64,000 nt of DNA from an uncultured delta proteobacterium (GCA_963769935.1 CAVYNY010000008.1:144154-208153), one strand, 5' to 3'. Counted from the stretch's first letter, positions 42,977-53,671 are shown. Notes: generated by a model from the sequence alone, not told the origin. Made by a program: numbers and translations.

Positions 42977-43215
42977 TATTTCCGGCTTGCTCAGGTTGAT
43001 GATTTTCGGGCATTTAGGGCTCCAAATGAACGTTGTTTGTGGGTTGTGGGAAGGTTAAAGGTTTAAGGTAAAGGACAAAGGTTAAAGGTTAAAAGATTGA
43101 ACCGCTAAAAAGAGATTGAACCGCGAAGGCGCAAAGGGCGCGAAGGGTTTTTGGGTCCGAATCGGGTACACCAGCTGATAAAGCGATAGCTGGTGATACG
43201 ATTCGAACAAAGTTC

Positions 43216-43482
43216 TCATACCCTGCGGGCATCTGAAGATTCAGTCAGATCTGTGTCAACTTCCTCTTGATGATCAAAATAGTATGCCAATGCTGAATGG
43301 ACCTGTGAGGGAGTTAAATGGGGCAAAGTCGTTAGAATTTCGTCAGCGCTCATCCCCATCTGATAATAACCAGCAACACATCTGACAGTGATTCGAGTCC
43401 CAACAATTATAGGTTTTCCATCGGCGATTTTAGGGTCAGATCCAATGTGGGCATATGTTTTCGTTTGTATTGCTACACTCAT
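43216..43482 (-). CDS. DUF433-family protein (usually an antitoxin), partner absent
   Basis: DPKIADGKPIIVGTRITV, G.S..EI...PHLT..QV..ALAYY; stop codon lies inside repeat unit 1. Confidence 0.9.
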   Translation of the reverse strand: MSVAIQTKTYAHIGSDPKIADGKPIIVGTRITVRCVAGYYQMGMSADEILTTLPHLTPSQVHSALAYYFDHQEEVDTDLTESSDARRV

Positions 43483-44387
43483 AGTATTTACCTTTCAATT
43501 ATTTTTTTATCAAGCCTGATATGCCTTTAAAAGTTCAAAATCATACTTCATAAATAAACGATTGAACCGCGAAGACGCAAAGTGCACGAAGGATTTTTGA
43601 GTCCGAATCGGGTACACCCGCCGATAAAAAGCGCCGGCTGGTGTTACGATTCGAACAAAGCTCTCATGCCCTGCGGGCAATTTGTTTTGTGGCTAGCGCA
43701 GCCATACACCCAATCCTGTATATTTCCTTTGCGTCCTTGGCGTCTTGAGCAACGCGGGCGGTTATGAAAAAAAAGATTGAACCGCGAAGGCGCGAAGAGC
43801 GCGAAGGGGTTTTTTGATCCGAATCGGGTACACCAGCCGATAAAGCGCCGGCTGGCGATACGATTCGTATAAAGATCACAAGCCCTGCGGGCAATGGGAG
43901 TCGATCGCATATATTTTGGGCGAACATTTGATAGGTTGTAGCTTGCGCAGCCATACACCCAATCCTGTATATTTCCTTTGCGTCCTTGGCGTCTTGAGCA
44001 ACGCGGGCGGTTAGGAAAAAAAGATGGAACCGCGAAGGCGCAAAGAACGCGAAGGGTTTTTGGGTCCGAATCGGGTACACCAGCCGATAAAGCGCCGGCT
44101 GGTGTTACGATTCGAACAAAGATCTCATGCCCTGCGGGCAATGGGAGTCGATCGCATATATTTTGGGCGAACATTTGATAGGTTGTAGCTTGCGCAGCCA
44201 TACACCCAATCCTGTATATTTCCTTTGCGTCCTTGGCGTCTTGAGCAACGCGGGCGGTTAGGAAAAAAAGATTGAACCGCGAAGGCGCAAAGAACGCGAA
44301 GGGTTTTTGGGTCCGAATCGGGTACACCGGCCGATAAAGCGCCGGCTGGTGTTACGATTCGAACAAAGTTCTCATGTCTGCGACAGG

Positions 44388-44771
44388 CTACTCCGGAAAA
44401 TTGTTAACCATGCGACGGATGCCGTTTTTCATCAGAGTGACATTCCAGTTCAAAAGAAAGCCGATATTGAGATTGGTAAGTTTCAAATAAGTCAGGAGCT
44501 GAGCCTCATGGATGGGAGCAATTTGCTCCACTGTCTTGTTTTCGATGATGATGGAATTTTCCACGATCATATCAGCCCTGAAACCTGCATCAATTTTGAC
44601 ATCCCCATACTGCACCGGCACGGGAACTTCACATTTGACAATCAAACCGGATCGTTCGAGTTCGTAAGCCAGGCACTTCTGGTAGACCGATTCCAGAAGC
44701 CCGGGGCCCAAGGCTTTGTGAACCTTAATGGCGCAATGAACGATCAGTTTGGCGATTTGTTCGAGTTCCAT
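44388..44771 (-). CDS. GxxExxY protein (PD-(D/E)XK nuclease fold)
   Basis: VHKALGPGLLESVY, RADMIVE, IIENK, HEAQLLTYLK, GFLLNW. Confidence 0.95.
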   Translation of the reverse strand: MELEQIAKLIVHCAIKVHKALGPGLLESVYQKCLAYELERSGLIVKCEVPVPVQYGDVKIDAGFRADMIVENSIIIENKTVEQIAPIHEAQLLTYLKLTNLNIGFLLNWNVTLMKNGIRRMVNNFPE

Positions 44772-45010
44772 TTTTCACCCCTCTTTGGGGAAAACGATTG
44801 AACCGCTAAAAAAGATTGAACCGCGAAGGCGCAAAGAGCGCGAAGGTTTTTTGGGTCCGAATCGGGTACACCAGCCGATAAAGCGCCGGCTGGTGTTACG
44901 ATTCGAACAAAGTTCTCATGCCCTGCGGGCAATTTGTTTTGTGGCTAGCGCAGCCATACACCCAATCCTGTATATTTCCTTTGCGTCCTTGGCGTCTTGA
45001 GCGCAGCGGG

Positions 45011-45032
45011 AGCAATACGTACTGGAACCAAG
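45011..45032. other. Oxford Nanopore ligation-adapter remnant at a chimeric junction
   Basis: AGCAATACGTACTGGAACCAAG versus adapter reverse complement AGCAATACGTAACTGAACGAAG; composition switches here. Confidence 0.88.
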
Positions 45033-45059
45033 GCGCGGCAGAACAAAACAACGCATTGA

Positions 45060-45332
45060 GAGCGCACGCTCGAGACCGCGCGCCTGCCGTACATCACCAT
45101 CACGCCCACGTTCTCGATCTGCCCCAGCCACGGCTACCTCGACGGCGAGCAGCCCACGTGCCCGCTGTGCGCGGCTGACGACAAGGTCACCGAGTGCGAG
45201 GTGTGGACCCGAGTGATGGGCTACCACCGCCCGGTGCAGTCCTTCAACATCGGCAAGAAGGGCGAACACGCCGAGCGGCTCCACTTCCGCGAGGGCTCCA
45301 TCGCCAACGGCTCCCTCGCGCGGCCGGAATAA
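45060..45332 (+). CDS. nrdD: anaerobic ribonucleoside-triphosphate reductase, C-terminal fragment cut by the junction
   Basis: Manual translation LPYITITPTFSICPSHGYL..E..TCPLC...CEVWTRVMGYHRPV.SFNIGKKGE (glycyl-radical loop). Confidence 0.9.
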   Translation, partial: ERTLETARLPYITITPTFSICPSHGYLDGEQPTCPLCAADDKVTECEVWTRVMGYHRPVQSFNIGKKGEHAERLHFREGSIANGSLARPE

Positions 45333-45377
45333 TGCAACCCGTCCGCCCACGGGCTGGGGGGCAACCCCTGCAGCCGC

Positions 45378-46102
45378 GTGGGGGCGCTCTGTCGGGCCGG
45401 AGTCTCGAGTGTACGGGCCGACGACTTCCAGATCGCCGGATTCGAACCGTTCTCCACGGTCGACTGGCCGGACAAGCTGGTCGCGTCCATCTTCGCGCAG
45501 GGTTGCCCGTGGCAGTGCGCCTACTGCCACAACCCGGAGTCGCAGGACCCACTCGCACCCGGGGCGTCGTGTCATGGGCGACCGTGTGGCGCACCTGGCC
45601 GACCGCGTCGGCAAGCTGGACGGGGTGGTGTTCAGCGGCGGTGAGCCCACGCGTCAGCGGGCACTGCTCCCCGCCATGCAGGAGGCGAGGGCCCTCGGCT
45701 TCGGTGTGGGACTCCACGCGGCGGGCGCCTACCCGGGACGGCTCAAGCGGGGCGCTGCGCTACACCGACTGGCTGGGGCTCGACATCAAGGCCATGCCCG
45801 AGGGCTACGAGGACATCACCGGGAAGGCCGTCAGCGGGCGCGAAGGCATGGGAGTCGCTCGCCATCGCGATCGAGTGGGGCGGCGACCTGGAGGTGCGGC
45901 TCACCGTGGACCCGACCACCACACGCGTGATTCCGTGTGGGCGTGGTGCGCCGCGTGGTCAGGCCATGGGCGGGCCGACGGCCGATGTTTCAGGAGGCCG
46001 GCCGGACGGCACGACGGAGGAGTACCAGCGCGCTCTCGGCCGTTTGACGGTTGCGCGACGTGCTGACCGACCGAGGACCTGAGCGAACTGGTGATTCGCT
46101 AG
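45378..46102 (+). CDS. nrdG: anaerobic RNR activating radical-SAM protein (frameshifted)
   Basis: [35 protein letters not shown]. Confidence 0.85.
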
Positions 46103-46113
46103 GACGCGCGGTG

Positions 46114-46957
46114 TCAGCGAGTCGTGGGACATCTGGGCGAGACCGTCGGACACGCGCTGCCACACGCTCGGATGCGCGGTGAGGATTCCCGAGCCGTCTC
46201 GTCGCCCGGCAAGTACTCGCTGCCGTCAAAGCGCGCCGACCTGAGGCCCGCCTCTTGCGCGATGAGCGCGCCGGGTGCGTGGTCCCACGGCAAGGTGCGC
46301 GTGAAGGAGGTGTAGTCGGTAAGCCCCGTCGATGATGTCCAGGTAGTCCCAGCCGGCGCAGATTCTGATGGGCTTCGCCGGCCCAAGCGTCGCTGCCCGC
46401 TCCAGCAGCGCGTCGTCCGCGCCCTTGGGCGTGTAGACGGCGGAGACGGCGCCGCGCAGCGCATCGGGCTGTGGGGGAGCGGGAGCCACGTGGCGGTTCG
46501 CCGTCGCGGAATGCGCCGACCCCGCGGGCGGCGTGGATCTCGCCGCCATTGGTGGGATACGTGATCCAGGCGGCCTGGGTGCGGCCGCCGTCGATCAGCG
46601 CGATCATGCAGGCGAACGTCTCCTCGCCCGCGACAAAGTTGCGGGTGCCATCCACGGGGTCCACCACCCAGCAGGGCTTGCCGGTGCCGACCTCATCCAG
46701 GAGTGCGGGGTTGGCCGCGGTCGCCTCCTCGCCCACCACGGTGATGTCGAGCAGGTCGCGCAACGCGGCGGTGAGTCAGCTTCTCGGACTCGACATCGGC
46801 GTCGGTCACCAGGTCCCACTCGTGATCCTTGGTGCGGATCTCGTGCGCGGCAAGCGACCGCCAGCGCGGCAGGATCTCGGCGTCGGCGGCGCGCGTCATG
46901 GCCGCGAGGACCGCGTCGGAAAGGTCTTCGGTGATGGCGATCGGTGGGGAGAGTCAC
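46114..46957 (-). CDS. inositol monophosphatase family protein (frameshifted)
   Basis: DLVTDAD, GEE, WVVDPVDGTRNF, PWDHAPG. Confidence 0.85.
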
Positions 46958-47107
46958 GCCCCCATCGTCTCAGGTCCGTCGGCGCGGCCGATGCGTCGGC
47001 CGCTTTCGATCGGCCGGGACCGGGGTAAGGAGGCGGTCATTTGCCAGCGTATGTATTCTGTGACGGACTCGACCCCGAAGCACACCCTCTCAAGAATTTA
47101 GGTTTTC

Positions 47108-49804
47108 ATGGCTCGCAAGCTCGTCATCGTGGAGTCCCCCACCAAGTCGCGCACCATCGGCGGCTACCTGGGCGACGACTATGACGTCGTCTCCAGCGTG
47201 GGCCACATCCGCGACCTTCCGCAGCCCAGCGAACTGCCCGCGGGCAAGCGCGAGGGCTCGATCGGCAAGTTCGCCGTGGACGTCGAGAACGGCTTCGACT
47301 CCTTACTATGTGGTGAGCCCGGAGAAGAAGAAGGTCGTCGCCGAGATCAAGGCCAAGCTCAAGGACGCGTCCGAGGTCTACCTCGCCACCGATGAGGACC
47401 GCGAGGGAGAGGCCATCGCGTGGCACCTGCTCGAGGTGCTCAAGCCCAAGGTTCCCGTGAAGCGCCTCGCGTTCCACGAGATCACCAAAGAGGGCATCAT
47501 GCGCGCCATGGAGTCGCCCCGCGAGGTCGACATGGAGCTGGTGGAGGCCCAAGAGGCCCGCCGCGTCCTCGACCGCCTCTACGGCTACGAGGTGTCGCCC
47601 GTGCTGTGGCGCAAGGTCGCCTCCGGACTGTCCGCCGGCCGCGTGCAGTCGATCGCGCTGCGCCTGGTCGTGGACCGCGAACGCGAGCGCATGGCCTTCC
47701 AGTCCGCCGAATACTGGGACCTCACCGCGACGTTCGCGGCCAAGGACGGCGCCGATGCCGGGCGCACCTTCGGCGCCAAGCTCGTCTCGGTCGACGGCAA
47801 GCGCGTCGCGTCGGGCAAGGACTTCGACGACCGCGGGTCGCTGACGACGGACACGGCCAAGGTCACGCACCTCACGGCCGGCGCCGCCGGTGCGCTCGCG
47901 GCAGGCCTGTCCGACGCCGACTTCTCCGTGGTGGGCGTCGACTCCAAGCCGTACAAGCGTCGTCCCGCTGCGCCGTTTATTACGTCGACCCTGATCCAGG
48001 AGTCGTCCCGCAAGCTGCGGCTCGGCGCCCGCGAGGCGATGCGCGTCGCCCAGGGCCTGTACGAGCGCGGCTACATCACCTATATGCGTACCGACTCGCC
48101 CACGCTGTCCGGCGAGGCCGTGCGCGCCGCCCGCAAGCAGGCCGTCGAGCTCTACGGCGCCGACTCCGTGCCCAGTTCGCCGCGGGTGTACTCGAGCAAG
48201 GACTCCAACGCTCAAGAGGCGCACGAGGCGATCCGCCCCTCCGGGAGACTCGTTCCGCACCCCCGCGAGCGTGCGCTCCGAACTGCGCGGCGACGAGTTC
48301 CGCATGTACGAGCTGATCTGGAAGCGCACCGTCGCCTCCCAAATGGCCGACGCCGCCGGAACCACCTCCACCGTGCGCATCGGCGCCACGAGCGCCAACC
48401 ACCACGCGGTCGAGTTCTCCGCGTCGGGCACCATCATCACGTTCCAGGGCTTCATGGCCGCCTACGAGGAGTCCCGCGAGAAGGCCCGCTACGAGGACGA
48501 CGAGGCGAAGGTCACCGAGGACAAGGAGGCCCGGCTGCCGCAGCTCGCGGAGGGCCAGGCCGTCGACGCGACCGACCTCGAGCCCGTCACCCACGCCACC
48601 ACGCCGCCGCCGCGCTTCACGCAGGGCTCCATGATCAAGGAGCTCGAGGACCGCAAGTTTGGGCGCCCGTCGACGTACGCGTCGACGGTGGACCTGATCG
48701 TGGCCCGCGGCTACGTGCGCGTCGTGTCGCAGACGCTCATCCCCACGTGGATCGCGTTCTCGATCGTGGGCCTGCTGGAGAAGCACTTCGACTGGCTGAT
48801 CGACTACGACTTCACGGCCGACATGGAAGAGGGCCTCGACAAGATCGCGGCGGGTGAGGTCAACCGCACCGACTGGCTGTCCGACTTCTACCTGGGCACC
48901 GAGGGCGCCACCCACGGCCGCGCCGAGGGCCTCAAGCACCTGGTGGCCGACCTGGGCGACATCGACGCCCGCGCCATCAACACGTTCCCCGTGGGCGAGG
49001 GCATCTCGCTGCGCGTGGGCCGCTACGGCCCCTACATCGAGCGCGAGGTGGACGGCGAGACCCAGCGCGCCTCGGTGCCGGAGGACACCGCGCCCGACGA
49101 GCTCACGGTCGCGTTGTCCGAGGAGCTGTTCGCCAACCAGGGCGGCGACGAGCGCGAGCTCGGCACCCACCCCGAGTCGGGCCTGCCGATCGTGGCGAAG
49201 GCCGGCCGCTTCGGCCCCTACGTCACCGAGGTGATGCCCGAGGGCTCCAAGGACAAGCCGCGCACCGCGTCGCTGTTCAAGTCGATGCAGCTGGAGACGG
49301 TCACCCTCGAGGACGCGCTCAGGCTCATGTCGCTGCCGCGCGTGGTGGGCGTGGACCCCGCCGACGGCGCCGAGATCACCGCCCAGAACGGCCGCTACGG
49401 CCCGTACCTCAAGAAGGGCACCGACTCGCGCACCATCGAGTCCGAGGACCTGCTGTTCGACATGACGCTCGAGCAGGCGCTCGCGATCTACGCCGAGCCC
49501 AAGCGCGGCCGTGGGCGTGCCGCCGCGCCGCCTCTCGCGGAGTTCGGCATCGACCCCGTCAGCGAGAAGCCGATCGTGGCCAAGTCCGGGCGCTTTGGCG
49601 ACTACATCACGGACGGCATCACCAACGTGACGATCCCGCGCGGCGAGACCGTGGAGACGCTGACGCCCGAGAAGGCCCAGGACCTGCTGGTGGAGAAGCG
49701 CGCCAAGGGACCGGCCAAGAAGCCCGCCCGTCGCGCGCGCCGCCAAGAAGAAGCCGGCCGCCAAGAAGGCCCCGGCGAAGAAGGCCGCTCCCAAGAAGAA
49801 GTAG
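47108..49804 (+). CDS. topA: DNA topoisomerase I, actinobacterial type (frameshifted)
   Basis: [44 protein letters not shown], repeated GR(Y/F)GPY C-terminal units, Lys/Ala tail. Confidence 0.96.
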
Positions 49805-49864
49805 CGCGCTCCGTACAACCGTTCTTGCGCGCCCTGCGTTCATGTGTCGACCGGAGGGGAACAC

Positions 49865-50393
49865 ATGGAACAACGGGACGTGTTGGGCGAGATGCTCGAC
49901 ATCGCCGCCGACAGGCTGGCCGCATACGGCTACCTTCTGACGGGCTCGCAGCACGCGGGTGAGGACCTGGTCCAAGACGCGATCGTGAAGGTATTTGTGC
50001 GGCATCGGCGCCTCGATGGCGCACGCGGCGGCCGAGGCGTACGTGAGGGCCGCCATGCGCACCCTTCACGTGGACCGCATGCGGCGCGAGACGCATTGGC
50101 GCGGACTCATGCCCAGGCTGGTGGACCGCAGCGAGGGACCCGACGCGTCGGCCGCTCTTGCCGACCAGGACCAGATCGGACGCGCGCTTGCATCGCTTGC
50201 CCCACAGGAGCGGGCGGTCGTGGTGCTGCGCTTCTACGACGACCTCAAGGTCGCCGACATCGCCGCCCAGATGCACCTCGCCGAGGGCACCGTGAAGCGG
50301 TACCTCTCCAACGCTCTCGACAAGCTCGCGGGCGTCCTCGGAACTCTTGATGACACCACGGAGCGCATCGGCCTCGTGGAAAGGAAGAAGTGA
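49865..50393 (+). CDS. ECF RNA polymerase sigma factor (frameshifted)
   Basis: LLTG...AGEDLVQDA region 2; ERAVVVLRFYDDL...IA..M...EGTVK region 4. Confidence 0.88.
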
Positions 50394-50395
50394 TC

Positions 50396-51293
50396 ATGGA
50401 TCTTCACGAAGAATTTGAACCGGCACGCCCGTGAGCGTGTCTCCGAGTCCGGTGCGCGTTTGCGCGGTGCCGAGGTGCGCTCTCGCTTGGAGTCCCGGGT
50501 GACCCGCGGGCGTCGAGTCCGCAGCGCGACCGTGGGCGTGGGTTCGGTAGCCGCCGTCGGCGTGCTGGCGGTGGGTGCCATGATGGTGCCGCGCCTTGGA
50601 CTGCCCGGCATTGGCGATGTCGGGGTCCGCGTGCGGATTCGGCGGTGGATCCCGCGACGTTCCGTCACTCCTCGCCAGCGCCTTCGCCGTCACAGCGCCG
50701 AGCGTCTACCCCGGAGCCCGCAGTGGATCCGGGCGACCTCCCGGGACTCGGGACCGACGGGTACCTCGTGGGCGCGGACACGTTGTGGGACGCTCCCGGC
50801 CCGCTGGCCTGCGAGGCCTTGGCCTCTGCGGAGCACCCAGAGGGCGCCGACTTCACGTGACGACCAGCAGGTGCCCCTTCCCTCGTGGATCGAGACCGGC
50901 CGGCTCTATGGCTGGGGCGACGACGTACTGGTCGGCGGCTACCCGATCCCGCTGGGGGCGAGTTCTCAGTCCGGCTTCGACGCGGTGCAGGGTGCTCGTC
51001 TCGGACTTCTCCGGCGGCCCAGCGGAACTCGTGCTGACCAGGCCCGACGGAACAGTCTGGGGCTTCACGGTCTCGTGGTCACAGAGAGATGATCTTCCGC
51101 ACGACGCGCCGGGCGCGTTTGTCGAGCTGTCGGCGAACTACGACTGCAACGACGGTGTCCCGCAGGCTGGCACCTACGACGCGCGGTTGGCGTTCACCGC
51201 TGGTGATGGGTCGACGCAGGTCGTCACGCTCGGCCGATCACCGTGGTGGACGGGGTGCCGTCACTGCCGGAGGTGGACGCGGCCGGGCGGTAA
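50396..51293 (+). CDS. single-TM protein, probable anti-sigma partner (frameshifted)
   Basis: Directly follows the sigma gene; Arg-rich stretch, then TM, then Pro/Ser linker and extracellular domain. Confidence 0.55.
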
Positions 51294-51362
51294 CTCTCGA
51301 AGGGTGCGGGGTGTCGCGATGGTGATCGCGGCGCCCCGCATCGGGCTGCCCACGTAGCGCCA

Positions 51363-51430
51363 GCACCGCCAATCGACACACACCTCACCGAGCGCGCATG
51401 GCGCGGCGTGAGAATGTCGATCGGCGGTGC
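51363..51430. repeat. 68-bp hairpin element upstream of the DUF559 gene
   Basis: GCACCGCCAATCGACA...TGTCGATCGGCGGTGC. Confidence 0.8.
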
Positions 51431-51503
51431 TTGTTCTGCGTTGTCTATCCACAGATCGCGTCCGCAGGCCCCGTTCGCCTGCGCCAACCGGCACGGTAGG
51501 GGC

Positions 51504-52388
51504 GTGGACGTGCTGCGAGCCCTCGATGAGGCAGGGGGCGCGGCGCGATTCTCTGAGTTGAGCCGCGCAGGCGTGGCTGAGCGCGCGATTCGACGGGCCG
51601 TGACCGCCGACCAGGTGCTCCGGGTCGGCCATGGAACATTCGCGTTGCCGTGGGCGCCCCGCGAGGTCGCCTTGGCGAGCCTGTTCAGGGCGCAAGTCGG
51701 ATGCGTTACCGCGTGTGAACACTGGGACTTGCCGCTGTGGGGCACGCACCAGACCACGCACCTCTTACTGCCGCGCGACCGCTCGGCGTCGCGGCGCGAC
51801 CCAGGCGAGTTGGCCGAAGTAGAACTCCACCGCACGTCCGCTCCCTTGCCCGCAGGTCGCTGGGCGCGGGCCGCAGAGGCGGTCGATCAGTCGGCGTGGT
51901 GCACCGCGCCGGTGGAGCAACTTGTCCTTGTCGATGCGGCGTTGCGCCAACGCCTATTCTTGGCCGGCAATGTGGGCCACTTCGGCGCGGGGACCGCAAG
52001 GCGGCGCGCGTGGTTGCGGCGAATGGCGTCGGGGGCTGCGGAGTCGCCGCTAGAGACGGTGGCCAGGGTGGGACTCGTGACGGCGGGACTCGCGGTCCGG
52101 GAGCAGGTCGTGGTCCGCGGAGTTGGCCGCGTCGACTTTGTGGTGGAGGAGGCCGTCGCGGTTGAGGTGGACGGGTGGGAGTTTCATCAGAGCCGCGAGG
52201 CTTTCGAGCGTGATCGCGCCCGGGACCGTGCACTGCTCACTCGGGGGATGCCGGTCCTGCGGTTCACGGCGCGCGAACTGAGGGCTGACCTCGCGGGCGC
52301 GGTGCGCCAGGTTGCGGAGGTGGCACACCGTGAAACCCGCAGGGACTTTGACCGGCGCCTCGATTGGGCCTTGCGCGGCCACACGTGA
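51504..52388 (+). CDS. AbiEi-like HTH plus DUF559 (Vsr-like) endonuclease-fold protein
   Basis: AESPLET, RVDF...VAVEVDG..FH.....FERDRARD..L...G..VLRFT. Confidence 0.85.
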   Translation: MDVLRALDEAGGAARFSELSRAGVAERAIRRAVTADQVLRVGHGTFALPWAPREVALASLFRAQVGCVTACEHWDLPLWGTHQTTHLLLPRDRSASRRDPGELAEVELHRTSAPLPAGRWARAAEAVDQSAWCTAPVEQLVLVDAALRQRLFLAGNVGHFGAGTARRRAWLRRMASGAAESPLETVARVGLVTAGLAVREQVVVRGVGRVDFVVEEAVAVEVDGWEFHQSREAFERDRARDRALLTRGMPVLRFTARELRADLAGAVRQVAEVAHRETRRDFDRRLDWALRGHT

Positions 52389-52442
52389 CCGGCTACCCGG
52401 GATCCGCCGGGCTGCAGGATTCCGAGACTCAGTGTCGACTGG

Positions 52443-52510
52443 GCACCGCCAATCAGCATGTGATTGCCGCACTACGGGGCCACGTGGATCTAGCGGTCGA
52501 TCGGCGGTGC
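52443..52510. repeat. 68-bp hairpin element downstream of the DUF559 gene
   Basis: GCACCGCCAATC...GTCGATCGGCGGTGC; same arms and length as 51363-51430. Confidence 0.75.
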
Positions 52511-52611
52511 GCAGCCGACGCGCCCCCGGGAGCGACCGAGCCCGGGCGGGTCACGTCCCAAGCGGCCCGGGCTCGACGGCACGCCGCCGCCGTGTCCGAT
52601 ATGGTGGCGGG

Positions 52612-53613
52612 ATGAGCGCACCTGACCCAATGACAGCACCCTCGATCGAGTGGGGAATCCTCGGAGCCGGCGGCATCGCCGCCAAGTTTGCCGACGCGGT
52701 GAAGGACTACACGTCATCCTCTGTGGTGGCGGTCGCCTCGGCGTCGTCGCTTGAGAAGGCCCAGGACTTCGCCAAGGCGCACGACGCCGGCGACGCCTAC
52801 CAGTCCTACGAGGAGTTGGTGGCGCGCGACGACATCGACGCCGTGTACGTGGCGACCACGCACAACAACCACCACGAGCCTGCGATCCTCGCCATCAAGG
52901 CGGGCAAGCACGTGCTGGTGGAGAAGTCGTTCGCGCAGAACTCCATCCAGGCGGAGGCCATCCTGGCCGCCGCCGAAGAGGCCGGCGTGTTCGTCATGGA
53001 GGCCATGTGGACCCGCCACCTGCCGCACGTGTACGAGCTTCGCTCCGCCATCGCGGCCGGTGAGATCGGCGAGGTCACCTGCGTGATCGCCGACCACGGC
53101 CAGCAACTGACCCACGTGCCCCGCATGGTATCGCGCCGACCTCGCGGGCGGCGCGCTGCTCGACCTCGGCGTGTACCCGATCTCTTTTGCGCACACCTTC
53201 CTGGGCGTGCCCACGTCCGTCACGGCCGTGGGCCAGCTGACGGACGGCGGCGTGGACAACCAGGTCGCGATGATCTTCGACTACCCGAACGCCCAGGCGT
53301 CGCTGCACACCTCCATGGTGTCCAAGTCCGCCAACACGGCCCAGATCATCGGCACCAAGGGCCGCATCGAGGTGGACGGCTGGTTCTACACGCCCACCAC
53401 GATCCGCGTGGTCAAGGACGACGTCACGATCCGTGAGTTCGACGGTCGCGTGGACAACGGCTTCCAGTTCCAGGCCGCCGAGGTGGCGCAGGGGCATCGC
53501 CGCGGGCCTCACCGAGAGCCCGATCATGCCGTGGAAGGCCACGCGCGAGGTGATGGCGCTTGATGGACCTGGTCCGCAGCCAGATCGGCTTGCGCTACCC
53601 GAACGAGCAGTAG
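52612..53613 (+). CDS. Gfo/Idh/MocA family oxidoreductase (frameshifted)
   Basis: WGILGAGGIA, GKHVLVEK, MEAMWTR, GGALLDLGVYP. Confidence 0.9.
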
Positions 53614-53671
53614 ACGGTCGCCTCTGGACCGCGAGCCGCCTGACGTCGGCGCATGCCGGTACCGTAGGCGC

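Larger units (their letters stand above)
43096..45010. repeat. tandem array of structured repeat units enclosing two small genes
   Basis: Units begin AT(T/G)GAACCGCGAAG at 43115, 43561, 43776, 44024, 44271, 44815; complete units are 215, 248 and 247 bp. Confidence 0.95.

Noticed and set aside
43582..44327. Repeat-encoded ORFs (43644..44327, 43664..44080 and similar at 5297-5704 and 14663-14875)
   Set aside because: Translations of the DNA repeats, frames differ between copies, no RBS or recognisable domain.
44307..44801. 164-aa plus-strand ORF
   Set aside because: Antisense shadow of the GxxExxY gene, starting inside a repeat.
43096..45010. CRISPR array or guide-RNA array
   Set aside because: Units are over 200 bp, units 3 and 4 are nearly identical throughout so there are no unique spacers, and no cas genes are present.
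43096..45010. Classical integron with attC sites
   Set aside because: No IntI in the window and no clean RYYYAAC/GTTRRRY pair around the hairpin; only the layout is similar.
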